Assembly (NCBI GenBank): GCA_028686345.1
Contig: JAQUCE010000009.1
Location: 1,343-65,342, forward strand
Origin: Kiritimatiellia bacterium
GTDB taxonomy: Bacteria; Verrucomicrobiota; Kiritimatiellia; RFP12; UBA1067
DNA length: 64,000 bases
Reading direction: 5' to 3'
Position numbers and translations under genes: made by a program. Shown here piece after piece: positions 58,908 through 64,000 of the stretch (position 1 is its first letter; every line of letters begins with the position of its first letter). The notes beneath the pieces were generated by a model. It made no database searches. It had not been told where the DNA came from and saw only the letters and a program-made list of their open reading frames with translations.

Positions 58908-59333
58908 ATGGCTAAGAAAGTCACAGGCACCATCAAGTTGCAGATTCCCGCAGGCGCGGCGAATCCAGCACCTCCGGTGGGTCCTGCATTAGGTGCCGCA
59001 GGCGTGAACATCATGATGTTCTGTAAGGAGTTCAACGCCAAGACGCAGGAGAAAGCCGGTTTAATCATACCGGTTGTCATCACTGTGTATGCGGATCGCA
59101 GTTTCTCTTTGGTTTTTAAAAGCTCTCCGGCCTCAGCGTTGCTGAAAAAAGCCGCGGGTCTTGCCAAAGGCTCCGGAGTTCCCAACCGTGATAAGGTCGG
59201 CAAAGTGACACGCGAGCAGGTTCGCGAGATCGTTGCTATGAAGATGGCTGATCTGAATGCCACTACCGAGGATGCCGCTGTGCGGATGATCGAGGGCACA
59301 GCGCGCAACATGGGCATTGATATCATAGATTAA
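58908..59333 (+). CDS. rplK: 50S ribosomal protein L11
   Basis: [29 protein letters not shown]…. Confidence 0.9.
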   Translation: MAKKVTGTIKLQIPAGAANPAPPVGPALGAAGVNIMMFCKEFNAKTQEKAGLIIPVVITVYADRSFSLVFKSSPASALLKKAAGLAKGSGVPNRDKVGKVTREQVREIVAMKMADLNATTEDAAVRMIEGTARNMGIDIID

Positions 59334-59349
59334 GGGAGGGAACTGAAGT

Positions 59350-60033
59350 ATGGCAAAACATGGTAAACGCTATAATGACGCCAAAAAGAAGGCCCCTGTT
59401 GGTCTGGTGTCTCTGGAAGAGGCGGTCACATTTGTTAAAAACAATGCGAACGCTAAATTTGATGAAACCGTTGAGGTTGCATTGCATCTGGGTGTTGATC
59501 CCAAGAAGTCTGACCAGGCCGTGCGCGGCACAGTCACGCTGCCCCACGGTACAGGCAAAAATATTCGCGTCGTGGTTTTCGCGATCGGCGAACACGCTGA
59601 CCAGGCGCGCGAGGCCGGCGCCGATGCAGTGGGCTACGAGGATCTGATCGAAAGGATCAAAGAGGGCTGGACCGATTTTGATGTCGCGATCGCAACCACC
59701 GACGCCATGAAAGAGGTGCGCAAGATTGCGCGCGTTCTGGGCCCGCGCGGTTTGATGCCGAATCCCAAAACAGGCACTGTGACTGATGACACGGCAGCTG
59801 CTGTTCTGGCTGCCAAAGGCGGTAAAGTTGATTTCCGTATGGATCGCACCGGCAATGTGTGCGTGCTCAGCGGCAAGTGCTCATTTGACGAGGAGAAGCT
59901 GGTCGGCAACATCAATACGATTGTTGCGGCTGTCAATGCCGAACGCCCTGCCAGCGCCAAGGGCACATTTGTGCGCTCATTAACGATAAGCTCAACCATG
60001 GGTGTGGGTGTTTCCGTGCTGGTGAAAGACTGA
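59350..60033 (+). CDS. rplA: 50S ribosomal protein L1
   Basis: MAKHGKRYNDAKKK…VEVALHLGVDPKKSDQAVRG…. Confidence 0.9.
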   Translation: MAKHGKRYNDAKKKAPVGLVSLEEAVTFVKNNANAKFDETVEVALHLGVDPKKSDQAVRGTVTLPHGTGKNIRVVVFAIGEHADQAREAGADAVGYEDLIERIKEGWTDFDVAIATTDAMKEVRKIARVLGPRGLMPNPKTGTVTDDTAAAVLAAKGGKVDFRMDRTGNVCVLSGKCSFDEEKLVGNINTIVAAVNAERPASAKGTFVRSLTISSTMGVGVSVLVKD

Positions 60034-60044
60034 GGAGAGTAAGA

Positions 60045-60563
60045 ATGAGAACTGAGAAGATTTCCATACTGGATGAAGTGATTGACCGGGTTAAAGGGTC
60101 GGACTACTGTTTTATACTCAATTACGGCGGCCTGAAAGTTGAACAGCTGAACGCGCTGCGTAAAGAGTTGCAGAGTGTTGATACCCGCTTGATGGTGGTT
60201 AAAAACAGCTATCTCTCCAAAACAGCTGAAATGCTGAAATGGGATGATGTGAGTGCCCTGTTGAGCGGCCAGACAGCGGTTGTGACCGGAAAAGGTGACG
60301 TGGCAGAGGTTGCCAAGTTGCTGGTTGCCTTTGTTAAAGGCAGCTCTGCTGAGGTCAAGGGCGCCAGCCTGGAGCACAAGGTGCTGGATGCCGACGATGT
60401 GGTTGCGCTTTCTAAGCTGCCCTCCAAGGACATTATGCGCGCCATGCTGCTTGGCACAATGCTGGCGCCTGCCACAAGCCTGGTGCGCGTGATGAATGCG
60501 CCGATGTTGAATGTGCTTTATGCGCTGAAAGCGTATGAAGAGAAGAAAGAATCTGCGGCATAA
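60045..60563 (+). CDS. rplJ: 50S ribosomal protein L10
   Basis: 172 aa, L10 family. Canonical position. Confidence 0.85.
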   Translation: MRTEKISILDEVIDRVKGSDYCFILNYGGLKVEQLNALRKELQSVDTRLMVVKNSYLSKTAEMLKWDDVSALLSGQTAVVTGKGDVAEVAKLLVAFVKGSSAEVKGASLEHKVLDADDVVALSKLPSKDIMRAMLLGTMLAPATSLVRVMNAPMLNVLYALKAYEEKKESAA

Positions 60564-60695
60564 AGTGTCGTAAAATCCGCTGAGATCGGTTTTGACGGGT
60601 GTTGAAACCTCTGCCGGCTCAGGCCGGCACCCTCGGCGGAGTCTCCTCGCGTGATATAACACGCGCGGTTGCACCATGAAAAAGGAATAAAAAAA

Positions 60696-61073
60696 ATGAG
60701 TGATATCACTAAAGATCAGGTGGTTGAGTTTTTGAGCGGTTTGACCGTTCTTGAAATTTCAGAGTTGGTTAAGACTCTGGAGGACAAATGGGGCGTATCC
60801 GCCGCTGCGCCAATGGCCGCTATGGCTGCTCCGGCTGCCAGCGAAGCGCCTGTCGAAGAGCAGACTGAGTTCGACGTTGTCCTGGAAAACTTCGGCGCCA
60901 ACAAGATTGCGGTAATTAAAGAGGTCCGCGCGATCACAGGCCTGGGCCTGAAGGATGCGAAAGATCTGGTTGAAGCCGCTCCTAAGGTTGTCAAAGAAGC
61001 CTGCGCCAAGGATGAGGCTGACAAGCTGAAAGAGCAGCTTGAGAAGGCCGGCGCCAAAGTTGAAATTAAGTAA
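60696..61073 (+). CDS. rplL: 50S ribosomal protein L7/L12
   Basis: [34 protein letters not shown]…Ala/Pro-rich hinge…[19 protein letters not shown]…. Confidence 0.9.
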   Translation: MSDITKDQVVEFLSGLTVLEISELVKTLEDKWGVSAAAPMAAMAAPAASEAPVEEQTEFDVVLENFGANKIAVIKEVRAITGLGLKDAKDLVEAAPKVVKEACAKDEADKLKEQLEKAGAKVEIK

Positions 61074-61104
61074 ATTTTTCGCTCCAGTCGTAAAGGTGGG
61101 AGCT

Positions 61105-61145
61105 GCCCGAGTGATGACCCGGGCAGCTCTTAACCTCCGTTTAAC
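61105..61145 (+). terminator. rplL-rpoB intergenic hairpin (partial terminator/attenuator)
   Basis: gagctgcccgagtgatgacccgggcagctc stem-loop followed by a weak T-tract, analogous to the known attenuator between rplL and rpoB. Confidence 0.35.
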
Positions 61146-61392
61146 ACGGTTAAAAATCGTTGGTCATTAAATTAGTTTAGTCGCGCAGGAACGATCAGTA
61201 TCGTATCTGAAGGAGCGCTCGATTGTCACCGCCGAAGTGTGAATTGGATTATCATAGTGGCTGCTTACCACACTCACATTCATAACCGGTCTTAAAGCGT
61301 TAATCGAGCAATCTGGATGGGAACAGAGTCAGAACTCTGACGTGTTGTGTCACGCTGCGGCTCCCTTTAAAACATCCAACCTGAGGTAAGCA

Positions 61393-64000
61393 ATGGTTGA
61401 CCGCAAAAATTTCGGCACGCTGAAGGCAGTTATTCAGCCGCCAGATCTGATTGATATTCAGACAAAGTCGTATGAAGATTTTCTGCAGCTGAACACAGCA
61501 CCGGGAAAACGTCAGAAAAAAGGGCTCCAGACAATCTTCCAGGAGGTCTTCCCAATTGACAGTTACGACGGCCGCTATACCTTGGATTTCGTGAAGTATG
61601 ACATGGGGGAGCCTAAGTCCACTGACCTTGAGGCAATGGCTGACGGCAACACCTACGCTGCTCCGCTGCATGCGACATTCCGCCTGAAAGATGGCGATGA
61701 GGTGCGCGAAGAGGATGTGTTCATGGGCGAAATGCCGCTGATGACCAAGGATGGCGCCTTTGTCATCAATGGTGCTGAGCGCGTGATCGTCTCCCAATTG
61801 CACAGATCTCCCGGCATCTGCTCCGAGAAAGCCAACCATCCCAATGGCTCGATTCTCTACTCTGTGCGCATTATCCCTGACCGCGGCTCCTGGATCGAGA
61901 TCCAGTTTGACTCCAGCGATCTGATGTGGATCTATATGGATCGCCGCCGCCGCCGCCGTAAATTTTATGCAACCACCTTTCTGCGCGCGCTCGGGTATGG
62001 TACGGACGAAGAGATCCTGAATCTCTTTTACACCTTCAAACTGCTGCCTGTGAACAGCACCTATGACCCGGAGGTGCTTGAGACCCTGGTCATGAAGGAT
62101 GATCTGGTGGATGTCGAATCCCAGACAGTTCTCGCCCGGCGCTATGACCCCATCACCCCAGCGCTGCTGGAGCAGATCGGGGCGGTTGGCTATGAACGGA
62201 TTGAAGTTGTGGATGTCTCGATTGACGAGGGTACGCTGATCAAGACCCTGCGCGAAGATAATAATGACGGCATTCACTCGGAAGATGACGCTTTGATCAG
62301 TATCTACAAGATCTTGCGCCCCGGTGATCCTGCCACACCCTCCAATGCCAAGGCACTGCTGAAGCGGCTTTTCTTTGATCCGCGCCGCTATGATCTGGGT
62401 AAGGTTGGACGGCACAAGATCAACCAGAAGCTGGGCTTGCAGGGTAAGGTCTCGGATGAGATGCGCGTGCTGCATGAGAGCGCCATTGATGTGATCGAGG
62501 CTATCCGCCTGCTGCTGCGCATCTACGTGGGTGAAGAGACGGTGGACGACATTGACCATCTGGGCAGTCGCCGCATACGGACCTCTGGTGAGCTGCTGGA
62601 GAATCAGTGCCGCGTGGGCCTGGCCCGCACCGAGCGCCTGATCCGTGAGCGTATGACACTGCATGATCCTGCCAATGGAGTGCTCGCCCCCGCACGCCTG
62701 GTCAACAGTAAATCACTTTCAGCGGTGGTTCAGGATTTCTTTGGACGCAGCCAGCTGAGCCAGTTTATGGATCAGACCAACCCGTTGAGCGGCCTGGCCC
62801 ACAAGCGCCGCCTCTCAGCACTCGGACCTGGCGGCTTGAGCCGTGAGCGCGCCGGCTTCGAGGTGCGCGACGTTCACCCCTCCCATTATGGACGCATCTG
62901 CCCGATTGAAACGCCGGAAGGCCCGAACATCGGATTGATCTCGTCGCTAGGCATCTACGCCCGCATCAATGAGTTCGGCTTTATTGAGAGTCCCTACCGG
63001 GTTGTCAAAAACAGCAAAGTCACCGATGAAGTGGTCTATATGTCAGCTGACCAGGAGGAGAAATATGTCATTGCCCAGGCCAACTCAGTGGTGGGCGCGG
63101 ATGGTCGCTTTGTCAATGAGCGTGTTACCTGCCGTTATGAGACAGAGTTTGAGGACATTGACCGCGAGCGGGTTCAGTACATGGATGTCTCACCCATGCA
63201 GGTGATCTCCATTGCCGCCGGGTTGATTCCCTTTCTGGAGCATGATGATGCCAACCGGGCGCTGATGGGTGCTAACATGATGCGCCAGGCAGTGCCGCTG
63301 CTGCGCACTGAGAGCCCGTTGGTGGCAACCGGACTCGAATCTCTGGCAGCACGCGATTCGCGTGTCACCGTGCGCTCAGACGATGATGGTGTGGTCGCTT
63401 ATGTTTCCGCTGATAAGATTATCGTGACGCCCGACGGCGCGGTGCCAACCGGCAAGCCCAAGAAGAATGAAAACCTTAAAGGCATCTGGCGCTATGACCT
63501 GCAGAAATTCCGCCGGTGCAATGCGGGAACCTGCTTCAACCAAAAGCCAATCGTGACGTTCGGCCAGAAGGTGAAAAAAGGTGATGTGCTGGCTGACGGC
63601 CCGGCAACCCAGAACGGAGAGCTGGCACTCGGCAAGAACCTGCTGGTGGCTTTCATGCCGTGGCGCGGTTATAACTTTGAGGACGCGATTCTGGTCAGTG
63701 AGCGTATTGTGCGCGATGATGTCTTCACATCCATCCATATTCAGGACTTTGATGTGGGTGCCCGCGACACCAAGCTTGGACCAGAGGAGATCACGCGCGA
63801 CATTCCTAACGTGGGCGAGGAGGCTCTCAAAAACCTTGGCAGCGATGGTGTGATCCGGATTGGCGCTGAGGTCAGGCCCGGGGATATCCTGGTCGGTAAA
63901 ATTACACCCAAGAGCGAGACCGAACTGGCGCCCGAGGAGCGCTTGCTGCGCGCGATTTTCGGCGAAAAGGCCGCGGATGTGCGCGACACCTCGCTCACAG
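61393..64000 (+). CDS. rpoB: DNA-directed RNA polymerase beta subunit (3' end beyond window)
   Basis: Translation from ATG 61393 (RBS gaggtaagca) gives [32 protein letters not shown]…[32 protein letters not shown]…. The frame remains open to the window end. It is not in the ORF track because no stop lies within the window. Confidence 0.9.
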   Translation, partial: MVDRKNFGTLKAVIQPPDLIDIQTKSYEDFLQLNTAPGKRQKKGLQTIFQEVFPIDSYDGRYTLDFVKYDMGEPKSTDLEAMADGNTYAAPLHATFRLKDGDEVREEDVFMGEMPLMTKDGAFVINGAERVIVSQLHRSPGICSEKANHPNGSILYSVRIIPDRGSWIEIQFDSSDLMWIYMDRRRRRRKFYATTFLRALGYGTDEEILNLFYTFKLLPVNSTYDPEVLETLVMKDDLVDVESQTVLARRYDPITPALLEQIGAVGYERIEVVDVSIDEGTLIKTLREDNNDGIHSEDDALISIYKILRPGDPATPSNAKALLKRLFFDPRRYDLGKVGRHKINQKLGLQGKVSDEMRVLHESAIDVIEAIRLLLRIYVGEETVDDIDHLGSRRIRTSGELLENQCRVGLARTERLIRERMTLHDPANGVLAPARLVNSKSLSAVVQDFFGRSQLSQFMDQTNPLSGLAHKRRLSALGPGGLSRERAGFEVRDVHPSHYGRICPIETPEGPNIGLISSLGIYARINEFGFIESPYRVVKNSKVTDEVVYMSADQEEKYVIAQANSVVGADGRFVNERVTCRYETEFEDIDRERVQYMDVSPMQVISIAAGLIPFLEHDDANRALMGANMMRQAVPLLRTESPLVATGLESLAARDSRVTVRSDDDGVVAYVSADKIIVTPDGAVPTGKPKKNENLKGIWRYDLQKFRRCNAGTCFNQKPIVTFGQKVKKGDVLADGPATQNGELALGKNLLVAFMPWRGYNFEDAILVSERIVRDDVFTSIHIQDFDVGARDTKLGPEEITRDIPNVGEEALKNLGSDGVIRIGAEVRPGDILVGKITPKSETELAPEERLLRAIFGEKAADVRDTSLT

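Noticed and set aside
61300-63998. Long minus-strand ORFs (61300..62664 454 aa, plus 62501..62695, 63174..63368, 63376..63738, 63741..63998)
   Set aside because: They lie antisense to an unmistakable rpoB reading frame that is open from 61393 to the window end. They are GC-rich antisense frames with no protein similarity, which are common artefacts.

Overview
This window looks like a 64-kb chromosomal segment from a moderately GC-rich bacterium. The gene content suggests the Planctomycetes–Verrucomicrobia–Chlamydiae lineage (Verrucomicrobia, Lentisphaerae or Kiritimatiellae): Tat-signal Gfo/Idh/MocA oxidoreductases, a DUF6807 protein, Sel1/TPR proteins, a membrane H+-pyrophosphatase and pyruvate:ferredoxin oxidoreductase. 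The 3' end (56.2-64 kb) is the conserved tRNA-Thr/tuf/rpmG/tRNA-Trp/secE/nusG/rplK/rplA/rplJ/rplL/rpoB cluster. The middle carries central-metabolism genes (class II fructose-bisphosphate aldolase, pyruvate:ferredoxin oxidoreductase, serC, purE, an oxaloacetate-decarboxylase-alpha-like carboxyltransferase), glycan-active exported proteins and a terpene-cyclase-like gene. The most interesting region is about 17.5-31.2 kb. It holds a large secreted protein with thrombospondin-type-3-like repeats and a C-terminal variable domain. This gene is followed by two tandem 'orphan' copies of its constant 3' region, each fused to an unrelated C-terminal domain. Each copy is tightly followed by a small, AT-rich ORF encoding a signal-peptide protein. 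A further internally deleted remnant of the N-terminal region sits at the end of the array. This matches the architecture of polymorphic toxin/immunity loci (Rhs/CDI/MafB style), but the constant and variable domains do not resemble any toxin family I recognise. The intergenic regions are rich in several families of dispersed short repeats with REP/MITE-like character. There are also two gene remnants: a pckG 3' fragment and an Nramp/UroD-like chimera. A promoter+terminator pair could define a small RNA.
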